From: Candidatus Zambryskiibacteriota bacterium | Lineage (GTDB): Bacteria; Patescibacteriota; Minisyncoccia; Phycocordibacterales; WO2-35-19 | Length of the DNA: 64,000 nucleotides | Direction of reading: 5' to 3' | NCBI GenBank assembly: GCA_048499675.1 | Contig: JASNZL010000006.1 | Location: forward strand, 2,089 to 66,088 | Part shown: one piece after another, positions 37,385 to 49,645 of the stretch | Numbering within the stretch: position 1 is the first letter of the stretch | Layout: every line of letters starts with the position of its first letter | Notes under the pieces: model-generated | What the model saw: the letters and a program-made list of their open reading frames with translations, nothing else | What the model was told of the DNA's origin: nothing | Database searches by the model: none | Program-made: the position numbers and the translations under genes

Positions 37385-37658
37385 CGCGAGTGATGGGACT
37401 TGAACCCACGGCCTTCCGCGTGCACTGATCCACTATTTTCATAATGGCGTGGACTATATCTTCGCCATGAGCATTGAGCTTTTAGGTGCTTTGGTATCTA
37501 GTCTCTACGGCGCTCTCGCCTCAATTAGGCAAGTTCCCTCGGTGTTCGCATATCTTTCGACTTAGCCTTCACCGATATCCCAAAGAGTTTCAATTCGTCT
37601 TTCAACGAAAAGCTGCAATTCTACAGGCGGACGCTCTAACCAGCTGAGCTACACCCGC
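37385..37658 (-). tRNA. tRNA-Asp (GUC) interrupted by a 200-nt group I intron in the anticodon loop (between nt 35 and 36)
   Basis: 5' exon GCGGGTG-TA-GCTCAGCTGGTTAGAGC-G-TCCGC-CTGT. 3' exon CAC-GCGGA-AGGCC-GTGGGTTCAAGTCCCAT-CACTCGC-G. The reconstituted loop is CTGTCAC, with G73, C38 and G10 (Asp identity elements). The intron ends in G and carries a P7-like GTAGAGACTAGAT. Confidence 0.7.
37423..37622 (-). other. Group I intron (about 200 nt) within tRNA-Asp
   Basis: An internal guide GCAG can pair with the exon end CUGU (U·G at the splice site). The terminal nucleotide is G. It shares a GTAGAGACTAGAT core motif with the intron at 39867-40138. Confidence 0.6.
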
Positions 37659-38322
37659 ACTTTTATATATCTCTCAAAAATCACCCTTTTCCTACCAAGA
37701 AATAATTTTGAGGTATATAGTCCATTATACATAAAACTATATAATTTTAAAGAGCCATAAATGCTATATGTTAAACGATAAAAATTACCTTTCCCTTTCT
37801 TTAATACTCCTTTTTTTATACCATGTTTCTCTAATTTATCATTTATACTTTCCAGAAAGTTTTTTGAACAAGAAGTGAAAACTGTTTGTATAGATAAAGT
37901 ACTTGTTCTCCTGTTCTTGTGGATTAAACCACTCCACACATTACCATCCCCATCAAAATACCCCCTTACAAAATGGCAAAAAATTTATCTGGAATATTTG
38001 GAACTGCTAGACTTTTGGTTTTGTTTTGTCTCATTCCCAAATCGTAGAGATCGTTATACATTTCCTTACTACCAATTTGCAATCTATAGCTAATTTTATC
38101 TTCTTTGCGTTTTTTTACTCTTAAACTTATTTTATGTTCCGATCCAATTGTTTTTTTAATCTCCATTAGTAATTTTTTATCGTTAATATGGATATTCCAA
38201 AAATGGGCACCCCTTTTGTTTAAGGTCATATATCCGTCAGCAGCAAAAAAACCTAAAATATAAGCCATCTCCGGTGTCCATTTTTTAAAGAAATTTTTGT
38301 TTACATTTTTATATATCGGCAT
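37649..38322 (-). pseudogene. LAGLIDADG homing endonuclease, free-standing, split into two ORFs (37966-38322 and 37649-37939)
   Basis: The N-terminal ORF has AYILGFFAADGYM (the LAGLIDADG motif) and the C-terminal ORF carries the second half-domain. The split lies at 37940-37965. The 3' end abuts or overlaps the tRNA-Asp 5' end. Confidence 0.65.
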
Positions 38323-38970
38323 GATTTAATAATATCTCGTGACAGTATAGTTTACTATCCGTAATGTTTATAGCTTTTAAACTTTCTGATAAAAAATTAC
38401 CGCTTCACTACCAATCCAACAGGCGGGAAGGTTGCAGAGCTACTGCGGTGTAAGTACAATTAATATATATTAATTAATCTAAATTATGGAACCTAATGAT
38501 CAAAAACTGATTGAGTTGGAGAAAAAAGTTGATGCGATTTATGAATCCGTAGAAAAAACCAGAAAATATTTTCTCTGGACCTTGATTATTACTCTCGCAA
38601 TAGTTGTTTTACCACTAATTGCTATGATGTTTGTAATCCCCTCTTTTATAAGCAGTTATACAAGCACTTTGGATACTTTGGGATTGTGATTATTTTGTAC
38701 TTGCACAGCAAAACGAAGTGAAGTGGTGCTGGGGGTGGGGATCGGTCACAAATAAATTGCTTCGCAATTTTTCGTCTTCTTACAGAAGCTGTTCACTCAT
38801 TGGGCTTTTTATTTCGCATAGCTCATAAAAATTCTCAATGAGTCTTGCGCTTGGGCCCCATCCCAAGCTCACCCCAGCTCACCTGTTTCTCTTTGCTCAA
38901 CATGGCTCCACTTTTCGATCCACAACGCAAATCAAGCAGTTGATTTGCTCTGAAAAAAATACTTCGTATT

Positions 38971-39047
38971 TGGTGCCGGGGGTGGGGATCGAACCCACGA
39001 CCTGAGGTTTATGATTCCTCTGCTCTACCAACTAAGCTACCCCGACA
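38971..39047 (-). tRNA. tRNA-Met/Ile2 (anticodon CAU), intronless, with encoded CCA
   Basis: GTCGGGG/CCCCGGC acceptor, D-arm GCTTAGTTGGTAGAGC, anticodon loop ATCATAA, T-arm CGTGG-GTTCGAT-CCCAC, and 3' CCA. Confidence 0.75.
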
Positions 39048-39061
39048 ATTCTCATAATTTA

Positions 39062-39748
39062 TCATATTTTAGAACGACTTGCCATATAATCTATGGCCCC
39101 AAGTATTTTATTTTTTAAGAATAATCCCCTCCTAACCTTAATCCTTAAAACACCTCTATAAGTAGCAATATTTTTAAAAGAAGCTTTTTTAAGCTTTGAT
39201 TTTATTAGAGTCGTCTTTGAAAACTGATTTTCTTTTATATTTAGATATTTTATCCAAAAATTTTTTATTTTTTCCTTTTCAATCTTAAATATATCATTTA
39301 AAGACAAGCGAAATATTAAATCATTTTTTGATACATTATTTTTTTGAAGCCATTTTATATAGAACCTTATCATTTGCGGATTGCTGTTTGTAAAGCCCAT
39401 TTCATCATTACTTTCTTTGTACCCCTCGCCCCAATATAAACCGAGCCCAACCATCAATATGTCTCTATCAGTAATTTTACCGACCATTTTTACACCTTTA
39501 TTTTTCTGATCAATAGTATTATGTATTCTTTGTGCCCTTCTCTTTTCTGAATATCTTAACAAACCCTTGATAGACCTTTCCTTTTTATTAAATTTCATCA
39601 TTTTTATAATAGATGTTGATAGTTTTATGTCTCTACACCAAAAACTGACAGTAGAAAAACTCACATTTAATTTTTTTGCTATCGCCCTAACTGTCTCTCC
39701 TTTTAATCGTAATCTCTTTGCCTCACTTTTTATACCTATATTATGCAT
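39062..39748 (-). CDS. LAGLIDADG-family homing endonuclease (LGLYWGEG variant) with an N-terminal HTH, free-standing between two tRNA-Met genes
   Basis: ILMVGLGLYWGEGYK is a LAGLIDADG-type motif. The N-terminal region RAIAKKLNVSFSTVSFW is HTH-like. Confidence 0.55.
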   Translation of the reverse strand: MHNIGIKSEAKRLRLKGETVRAIAKKLNVSFSTVSFWCRDIKLSTSIIKMMKFNKKERSIKGLLRYSEKRRAQRIHNTIDQKNKGVKMVGKITDRDILMVGLGLYWGEGYKESNDEMGFTNSNPQMIRFYIKWLQKNNVSKNDLIFRLSLNDIFKIEKEKIKNFWIKYLNIKENQFSKTTLIKSKLKKASFKNIATYRGVLRIKVRRGLFLKNKILGAIDYMASRSKI

Positions 39749-39834
39749 GAGGTAAATTATACACTAAGGTGTGTGCATTTAAATGTGTTATTAACACTTG
39801 CAAACATAAATATTTTAAAGTAATATATAAATAT

Positions 39835-40177
39835 TGCGGGGTAGAGTAATAGTAACTCGTCAGGCTCAAATATGGTGGGCCCCCTATTGAGAGATTAATA
39901 GGAGCAAATTCGCCAAATTCGGAGAAATCCTCTCCACTAAAAGTGGAAAGACAATTCCGAGCTAAATTCCTTTGAACTTGTCCTGCTTGCCCGACATAGT
40001 TTTAACAACGTTGGGAGCGAAAATCAAAGGATAAATGTGTAGAGACTAGATGGTGAAATTCCAAGTTTAAATTTGGAATATGGTATAGTCCAGACCCCAA
40101 ATCCCAATCATGGGAGCATTGAAAAATGTAGTGGTAAGCATAACCTGAAAATTTTGGTGCGAATCCAAACTCCGCAA
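39835..40177 (+). tRNA. tRNA-Met (CAU) interrupted by a 272-nt group I intron between U33 and C34
   Basis: 5' exon TGCGGGG-TA-GAGTAATAGTAACTC-G-TCAGG-CT. 3' exon CATAA-CCTGA-AAAT-TTTGG-TGCGAAT-CCAAA-CTCCGCA-A. The spliced loop is CTCATAA. The intron starts after U, ends in G, has an internal guide GGCC opposite the exon GGCU, and a P7-like GTAGAGACTAGATGG. Confidence 0.7.
39867..40138 (+). other. Group I intron (272 nt) in tRNA-Met
   Basis: See the tRNA call above. There is no ORF inside. Confidence 0.6.
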
Positions 40178-40794
40178 CACGCAAATTGCACATAAAAATC
40201 CAGTTTAAAACAACTGGATTTTATGTTTGCAATTAAGTAGCCACGTGGTGAGCTTGTCCCGTGAAGCTTTGCTTTTTACGGGACATAGCGAATTTTACGT
40301 GGCCGCGATTTCTTTTCAAACCTCACCTCATTTATTGTAAGAGAAAAATTAAATATCGTTTTTCAAAACTCGATTTTCTCCGTGCAAAAAATCATTCTCT
40401 ATTTTTTAAGAAAGAGATTAAATTTTTTTATAGATACAGAACAAGAAATAAGAAGTGTGTAAAGTTAGATTTTTTCAAACAGTATTTTGAAAACAGCTTT
40501 CTGAAAATTAGCAAAGCGTTCGTTTTCAATAAGAATAGCTGTCTCAGTATCAAAATCTATAAAAATAACCTTGTCGTTTCCAATAAGTTGAGTGATATTA
40601 TACTCAAACGGAATATTCAAGGCTTTTGAGAGACGATTCAAATTGTTATGTCTTTTTTCGTGCGTCTTTCGGTTAGTAATTACATATTTATCAATATCTC
40701 CTTTAGATCCAGCTCTCTTCCAATATAAATCTGGATAATACTTTTTGTTATAGGAATAGTCTTTGGGTGATTCATATCGGTATATTGCACCTTC

Positions 40795-41199
40795 TTATTT
40801 GGTTGAAGAAACTAAGCGCTCATAAACTGTAGCAATACCTTCCTTACCCTCAAAAAATGAAATTTTAGGTTTTTTATCTTTATTTTCAAAAATGTTTAAA
40901 AGGTCCGGTAAGACATTCTCAATATCTTCAGATTGCTTTTTGAGCAGAGAAGAAAGTATAGCTGGAGATTCGGCTTTATAAACTATTCTCTTACCTTTAA
41001 GTGACTTGGAAACAAGATTGGAAGAGGTTAGCTCTGGCAAAGCCCTGTAAATAGCTGGCCGGTGCTTGCCTGTAAACTGGGATAGTTCTGCAACGGAACA
41101 AGCCCCTCTCTTTAGGAGAGAGAAATAGATACTTTCAGCTGTACTACTAAATCCGACTTGTTTTAATATACCTTTTTGTTTTTCCATAATGTGTAACAA
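40795..41199 (-). CDS. TrmB-like winged-HTH transcriptional regulator
   Basis: SIYFSLLKRGACSVAELSQFTGKHRPAIYRALPELTSSNLV is the TrmB-type HTH. Confidence 0.55.
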   Translation of the reverse strand: MLHIMEKQKGILKQVGFSSTAESIYFSLLKRGACSVAELSQFTGKHRPAIYRALPELTSSNLVSKSLKGKRIVYKAESPAILSSLLKKQSEDIENVLPDLLNIFENKDKKPKISFFEGKEGIATVYERLVSSTK

Positions 41200-41347
41200 T
41201 ATTAGTACACATTTTATTTAAATTCAAGCTTTTAAATAAACACCATAAGGAAAAGGGGTTAAATTTGTAAGTATCTCGGTTTATTTTCAGCAAGAATTTA
41301 CAGAATATTTTATTTTTACTTCAGATGTTATTTGAAAGGACAAATCA

Positions 41348-42391
41348 ATGAGTTGGCCATCACAAATCGTAATCGTCCGTCATGCAGAATCAGAAGGTAA
41401 TGCTAAAACACCAACTGATTCATCGTTCAGAAACAAAGCAAACCACAGCTTCTCACTTACAGATGAAGGGAGAAAACAGGCAAAAATCACCGGAAATTAT
41501 TTGAAAGAAAAGTACGGTAGATTTGATGTCTACATATGCTCAACCTTCAAACGGACACAAGAAACCCTGTCTGTAATGTATCCCGAGGTGACTCCAGTCA
41601 TAGATTCAAGACTGGATGAAATGTGGCGTGGTATTTGGCACACCATGACCGAGGAAGAAGTTGCAAAATACTATCCCGAAGAAAGAAGAATTTGGGATAG
41701 AGAGGGTTGGTATCATTACAGAGCTCCTGGCGGACAGAATGGGCAAGACGTGGAACTCATCATCTGCTCCTTCCTCTACCACCTTCGCGAGTTTTTCGGA
41801 GGAAAAAGAATTCTCGTTGTAGGACACGGAACGTGGATGATTTTCCTCTGGCGTATCTTGTTTAACCACTCTGTGGCTGAGGCTGAAGCAAAGTATAAAA
41901 GCAACAAGTATAAAAATGCCTCAGTTACCGTACTAGAATCAAAAGATGGTCTTGCTATGGAGCTCTCATTGGAAAACTATGTGCCCCAAGTTGAACCACC
42001 AAAAGCCAATCGTATAAGAAAGTGGTATGAACATGATAGTTGGGTAACACCTGAAGAAGTCCAAAAGGCTACCGATGCCCTACGCAACTTCATGAATACC
42101 AGTGCTTGGTCTCAACTATTAGAGAGTTTGAAAAGAACTCAACAAAAAATCAGAGTCCATGTCTGGGATGACCGATGCGATGACTACGAAGCAATGTACC
42201 TAACCGGAGACGGCTTTGTTAATCATCACGGCTATTTGTACGGGAATCTAACAGAGGTCGTAGAAAACTTCATGACACACGACTTCTATGGAGCCAGAAA
42301 TGAAGGTGGAAATTGGGCTATGAAGCGCCACCCCAACAAACTCATTCCTTGGTTAGAGTTGCAATATAAATATGCAACACTCCAAGGTTAA
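41348..42391 (+). CDS. Histidine phosphatase superfamily (phosphoglycerate-mutase-like) with a roughly 150-aa C-terminal extension
   Basis: Catalytic RHG motif IVIVRHAESEGN and a downstream HGTWMIF. Confidence 0.65.
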   Translation: MSWPSQIVIVRHAESEGNAKTPTDSSFRNKANHSFSLTDEGRKQAKITGNYLKEKYGRFDVYICSTFKRTQETLSVMYPEVTPVIDSRLDEMWRGIWHTMTEEEVAKYYPEERRIWDREGWYHYRAPGGQNGQDVELIICSFLYHLREFFGGKRILVVGHGTWMIFLWRILFNHSVAEAEAKYKSNKYKNASVTVLESKDGLAMELSLENYVPQVEPPKANRIRKWYEHDSWVTPEEVQKATDALRNFMNTSAWSQLLESLKRTQQKIRVHVWDDRCDDYEAMYLTGDGFVNHHGYLYGNLTEVVENFMTHDFYGARNEGGNWAMKRHPNKLIPWLELQYKYATLQG

Positions 42392-42647
42392 ATTTCTCCC
42401 TAAACCTAAGCTCACCTACTCTTCCCTTACACAACAAGGCTTCGCTAAAAAACAGCCAGCATATCCCGCAACTAAAAACGTTGCGGGGTTCTTTTTTACA
42501 TTTGCATTTTTTATAGATGACTCTTGTCTCCCACTTCTTACTTACTTTCTTTATTATTTAAATTCTATATTCTAAATCCTACATTCTATATCCTCTCAAC
42601 TCAATATCGTACTTCGTAATTCGTACTTCGTATCTCGTATTTTGGCA

Positions 42648-43370
42648 CTATATCAAATGGAATTCTTTGAATACTTTTTCGTAGAGTGAAATTATTCGGC
42701 GGGTTTCTCTTTGGTTGAGTAGAAAGTCGCTTCCTTCGTGCGCAATCATATTGCGAGCTTTGTGCGCTTCCCATGCTTCGTCTAGAGTAACAAAATCACT
42801 TTTCTCAACTGCTTTTAGTTTATCCCCCATTGTATCTCCCGGCAATTGTAATTTTTCTAGAAGGTCGTCCAATATGATATCAGATTCAATAATTGCAAGA
42901 CGCCAATCAGATTGATTGATGGATTCAGAAAGTTTAACTATTTTTTCCCATTTTGTTTGAATCTGGGTTTTTGTTTCTACTTTGGCACCAGAAACAAAAT
43001 GCAAAGGAACATTATCTGGCGAAACTTTTGCTTTTTGGGCGAGCCATACCGCATCACCCATCCTAGTCAGAATAAAAGTTCCGACAGCAGAAGCTCCAGC
43101 AATACTAAAACCTAACCCTTTGAAAAATAAAGAATTGGATTTAACAAAATCTACTAAATTGGATAATTTAAAACCAAAAAAAGATATTTCACCAGAAGTA
43201 ACTAGACTTAATAGAGCAGGAAGAACACCACCCAATAGAGCAACCAAAATAAGTAGAATAAAGATTATCTCTACAATGTCAAAATCCCATCCTTTTGGTT
43301 TTTCTTTTGGTTTATCTTTTTTAGGATCAGGCATATTTATAAATATGATACCAATATACGAATTATACAA
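42648..43370 (-). CDS. Hypothetical membrane protein with a possible C-terminal HEPN-like Rx4H motif
   Basis: N-terminal K/P-rich tail, two TM helices, and C-terminal AHKARNMIAHEG (R-x4-H). Confidence 0.35.
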   Translation of the reverse strand: MYNSYIGIIFINMPDPKKDKPKEKPKGWDFDIVEIIFILLILVALLGGVLPALLSLVTSGEISFFGFKLSNLVDFVKSNSLFFKGLGFSIAGASAVGTFILTRMGDAVWLAQKAKVSPDNVPLHFVSGAKVETKTQIQTKWEKIVKLSESINQSDWRLAIIESDIILDDLLEKLQLPGDTMGDKLKAVEKSDFVTLDEAWEAHKARNMIAHEGSDFLLNQRETRRIISLYEKVFKEFHLI

Positions 43371-43383
43371 ATGATACTAATGG

Positions 43384-44846
43384 CTACGAATTTTCACCCA
43401 GAAAGGATTTGCCGATATCAAATAAAATATTTTCATTACTGTGTGGTGCCATTAATTGTATACCAAGAGGTAAATCGATTCCATCTATTTTGGAAAATCC
43501 AGAAGGTAATGATACCGCAGGGCAACCAACAATATTTGCACTCACTGTAAAAATATCTGCCAAATACATTTCGAGCGGATCAGAAATTTCCCCTATTTTG
43601 AAAGCGGGTGAAGTGGTAGTTGGAGTCAAAATTGCATCCACCTCTTTGTATGCGTTTTCAAATTCTTGTCTTAGTATTTTCCTTGCGAGCATAGCTTTGC
43701 CATAATACGAATCATAATAACCAGATGACAAAACATAAGTTCCGAGAATAATCCTTCTTCTTATTTCTTTTCCAAAACCAGTACCTCTTGTTTTTTTATA
43801 TACTTCAAGAAGATTTTCTCCATCAAGATAGTCCGTATTTGATTCCATCAAACGTGCTATCTGATGAAACTTCCTGCCGGCATAACAATATAATAAACCG
43901 CAAGCGACTTATCTACATTTGGAAGTTCTATATCTTTTACTTCGTAACCCAAATCTTTTAGTTTTATTACGGATTCTTCAAAATTTTTTAAAACATCCTC
44001 TCTTATTCCTTCCATTTCTAAAAGATGTCTTGGAATTCCTATCTTTCGTAACTCGTTGCTCGTGACTCGTGATTCGATATCAATACTTGTAGAATCCATT
44101 TTGTCTTTACCTTTTATTGAATCAAAAATTATTTCTGCATCAGTTACTGTTTTGGCAAGAGGACCTATTACATCAAGAGAAGAACCCATTGCCATAAGAC
44201 CATAACGAGAAACGCTACCATAAGTTGGTTTTAGTCCTACAAGCCCACAAAAACTTGCTGGTTCCCTAATAGAACCCCCTGTGTCAGAACCGAGTGCACC
44301 AAGTGCCATATCCCCCGCTACAGACGCTGAGGAGCCACCCGACGAGCCACCCGGTACTCTTGTTGGATCAATGGGGTTTTTGGTGGGGCCATATGCCGAA
44401 TTTTCGGTTGAACCACCGCAAGCAAATTCATCCATATTGGTCCTACCAAGGAAAACGACTCCCTCGTCTATAAGTTTTTGGCTCACAGTAGAATTATATG
44501 TTGCGGTATAGTTTTCTAATATTTTCGAAGCGCTACTTGCTTTTCTTCCTTTTATTAAAATATTGTCTTTGATAGCTAGAGGGATTCCTGTTAGATTTTT
44601 TGACTTTCCACTGTCAATAATTTTTTGAGCCTCTTCTGCTTGCTTTAAAACATCATCATATACTTCCAAATACACATTCAAATCTTCATTCTTTTCTTCA
44701 ATATTTTTTAAATAATGTTCTGCAAGCTCAATAGCGCTCAATTTTTTTGAGTCCAGTAAACCTCTTGCTTCTTTAATTGTAATTTTTGAGAAATCCACTT
44801 TTTTAATTAATCTAATTATACTAATTGACCTAATTATTCTAAACAA
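43384..44846 (-). pseudogene. gatA: Glutamyl-tRNA(Gln)/aspartyl-tRNA(Asn) amidotransferase subunit A, disrupted by a single frameshift near 43852-43870
   Basis: The 329-aa N-terminal ORF (amidase signature GGSSGGSSASVA) and the 155-aa C-terminal ORF (FGKEIRRRIILGTYVLSSGYYDSYYGKA) are contiguous GatA in two frames. Confidence 0.7.
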
Positions 44847-44928
44847 ATTCCAATTTCTAATTTCTAATTTTTAAATTATAATTTTATTCTTTTAGATTAA
44901 TTAGAATAATTAGGGTGCTTAGAGCAAT

Positions 44929-45216
44929 TTATAATATTTTCTTTACTTTAAGTAAATCATCTTCTTTGTTTGGAAACTCGGCAATAATTTCTTTACTATT
45001 TGTACCTCCTTCCGTTGGATTTGTATCTTCTCGCATCACATTAAAAACGGGACCAACTTCAACTTCAGTTGCCGTCTCTCCTGCAACTTTTTGCACTTGG
45101 CCCACATACTCCAATATGGAATCCATCTCTTTGGATAACTCTTGCATTTCAGCTTCAGTCATTTCGATTCTTGCCAAATCTGCAAGTTTTTTTACATCTT
45201 CTTGTGATATAGACAT
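44929..45216 (-). CDS. gatC: Amidotransferase subunit C
   Basis: MSISQEDVKKLADLARIEMTEAEMQELSKEMDSILEYV is canonical GatC. Confidence 0.8.
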   Translation of the reverse strand: MSISQEDVKKLADLARIEMTEAEMQELSKEMDSILEYVGQVQKVAGETATEVEVGPVFNVMREDTNPTEGGTNSKEIIAEFPNKEDDLLKVKKIL

Positions 45217-45287
45217 AATTTGATTTTAGCATTTATTATTTAATTTTTCATTATTTGCAATAACATCTATTTAATTGTATATTTATA

Positions 45288-47745
<2,458 letters not shown>

Positions 47746-47870
47746 TTAAATTTCTAATTATACTAATTGACCTAATTATTCCCCGCCTGCCTAAGATTTG
47801 CAAGGCGTGATGCGCAGGTAAAAACCCCAATTGTGTTAATTAGAAATTAAAATAATTAGGTTAATTATAA

Positions 47871-48440
47871 TTAGTAATTTACCTCCACACCTCTTTCTAC
47901 CCTTCTTGGATTATTTATGTCGCAACTATTGTAACCTCTAGATTTTATGTAAGTTCCCAAATATGAGCCAGTATACCTTTTTTCTACAGTTACAACTGCG
48001 CATGGACCAGATTCATCACCAGGGGTCATGAGAAAGCTAAAAACACTTGTGGGATTTGCATTTCCGCCCAAACCAATTCTACCTAATGTTGTTGTACCAT
48101 ATAGCGCTTGACCTGTACCAGCAATACCGCTACCTGCACAATATATGGTCCTTGGCAAAGTCTCCCCTGAGTATGACGAAGTAGCAAAAGCACTATCAGA
48201 AATTCTAGGCTCAGATGGATTATATCTATATTTTGAATCCCAATAGAGTGCACATTCTAACCCAGAATCAGCAAGATAAAAGGCAATCTGAGACTCTCTA
48301 CCTGACGAAGCAAATAACGTACCCTTGATTGCAATATTAACCATTGCAAAACCAATAAACAGGAGTACTCCCGAGACAACCACAGCTATAAAAAGAGTAA
48401 TCCCTTTTTTGTTATTTGGTTTTTTATAGTTAGACGTCAT
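47871..48440 (-). CDS. Minor pilin/pseudopilin-like protein (PilX-like N-terminus)
   Basis: N-terminal KKGITLFIAVVVSGVLLFIGF hydrophobic helix. It is the first gene of the pseudopilin operon. Confidence 0.45.
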   Translation of the reverse strand: MTSNYKKPNNKKGITLFIAVVVSGVLLFIGFAMVNIAIKGTLFASSGRESQIAFYLADSGLECALYWDSKYRYNPSEPRISDSAFATSSYSGETLPRTIYCAGSGIAGTGQALYGTTTLGRIGLGGNANPTSVFSFLMTPGDESGPCAVVTVEKRYTGSYLGTYIKSRGYNSCDINNPRRVERGVEVNY

Positions 48441-48442
48441 GA

Positions 48443-49060
48443 CTATATTCTATTAAATAAAATTGCTTTGGCAGTAAACACTCTGTTTGTCAAACCTTTG
48501 CTCCACGTAATTCTTACAGTGACTAAAACTTCGGACAAAACAGGATTTCCTGTATTTGGATCTATTTCCCAATTAACTTCCTCTAACATAATTTCTCTTC
48601 TAAAATTAGTTGCTGTCCACCCAGAGCCAGTTGTATGACCATATAAAAAAGTAGATTGATTTTGGTTCAAAAGAGGACAACTTCCCCAATTAGAAGAATT
48701 GCAATATACAAAATTGGAAGAACTTACTGTAGCATCTAGTCTACAAACTCTTCCAAAATAACATGGGTCTGTAGAAAATTGGGATATACCGGCCAACCAA
48801 TAACCGCTTCCTGAATTATATTTTATTAGCTGATTTTCATCTCTTTTATTTCTAATATACTCAAAAACTTCTTGGGTTAGATAAAAAGCCCTGACTTCGT
48901 CTTTAGCTATTACAGACTGGGACAAACTCTGTTGAACAGCAGAAAAAACACCGGCAATCGTTAATGACAAGACAAATATAGCAAAAAGTGACTCAAGAAT
49001 TGTAAATCCACGAGTTGAATTGAAAATTGAAAATTGAAAATTGAAAATTTTTCTTATCAT
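48443..49060 (-). CDS. Pseudopilin (type IV pilin-like) with an extended leader
   Basis: TRGFTILESLFAIFVLSLTIAG prepilin motif. The leader [15 protein letters not shown] is encoded by the (aattgaaa)n repeat. Confidence 0.7.
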   Translation of the reverse strand: MIRKIFNFQFSIFNSTRGFTILESLFAIFVLSLTIAGVFSAVQQSLSQSVIAKDEVRAFYLTQEVFEYIRNKRDENQLIKYNSGSGYWLAGISQFSTDPCYFGRVCRLDATVSSSNFVYCNSSNWGSCPLLNQNQSTFLYGHTTGSGWTATNFRREIMLEEVNWEIDPNTGNPVLSEVLVTVRITWSKGLTNRVFTAKAILFNRI

Positions 49061-49644
49061 ATATCTAATTTACGTTGTGACATTAAGGTTTGGATACTAA
49101 ATATTGACTGCGAAGTTGGCTTGTTACCCACGTATCCTTTTATAATTGCAAGAACCCTTGGTTGTACTGAATCACCAGAGGTTGAGCCCATTACATAAAA
49201 CCTAACATACTCAATGCGGGTTTCTGGAGAAGTTATCTCTGTATAAATTGTACTACTATCTGTATATTTTCTTATTGGCGAATTATTTCCTGGCCAACTA
49301 TAAATAATTCTTCTACCTTCAAATGTGACCGAAATACTGCTAGCCCCACCACTAGAACCAATTGGGCAATCATTCTTTGCACCCTGATTAGATGAAAACC
49401 CACAATAATATTCTCCACCAAACTTAATTGTTCTTGCCATATCTTCTATAGAAAAATTGAGGTTATCAACTACCGTCTTCATTGATTTAGCTCTCCTGTT
49501 TGCATCAAAAATAGAGAGGACTGCACCAAGAGCAAAAGTTGCAATCAAAGTAAAGAGTGCAACTGCAACTAAAAGCTCTACAAGAGTGAATCCCTTCTGA
49601 GTAATTCTAAATTGAAAATTGAAAATTGAAAATTTTTTTATCAT
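49057..49644 (-). CDS. Pseudopilin (type IV pilin-like) with an extended leader
   Basis: QKGFTLVELLVAVALFTLIA. The leader [15 protein letters not shown] is encoded by the same repeat. Confidence 0.7.
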   Translation of the reverse strand: MIKKFSIFNFQFRITQKGFTLVELLVAVALFTLIATFALGAVLSIFDANRRAKSMKTVVDNLNFSIEDMARTIKFGGEYYCGFSSNQGAKNDCPIGSSGGASSISVTFEGRRIIYSWPGNNSPIRKYTDSSTIYTEITSPETRIEYVRFYVMGSTSGDSVQPRVLAIIKGYVGNKPTSQSIFSIQTLMSQRKLDI

Positions 49645-49645
49645 T

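Noticed and set aside
37084-37428. 114-aa plus-strand ORF
   Set aside because: It overlaps tRNA-Asp 3' exon, intron sequence and tRNA-fragment repeats on the opposite strand, and has no coding signal.
39800-40260. ORF-free structured region, considered as an rRNA fragment, RNase P RNA, tmRNA or group II intron
   Set aside because: No RNase P, tmRNA or rRNA signature motifs are present. The GUGCG at 40158 is not followed by group II domains. The region resolves cleanly as tRNA-Met exons plus a group I intron.
40261-40629. 122-aa plus-strand ORF just downstream of the intron-containing tRNA-Met
   Set aside because: It has a K/F/L-rich low-complexity composition, no RBS and no homology signal. 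It is probably an AT-rich spacer read as an ORF.
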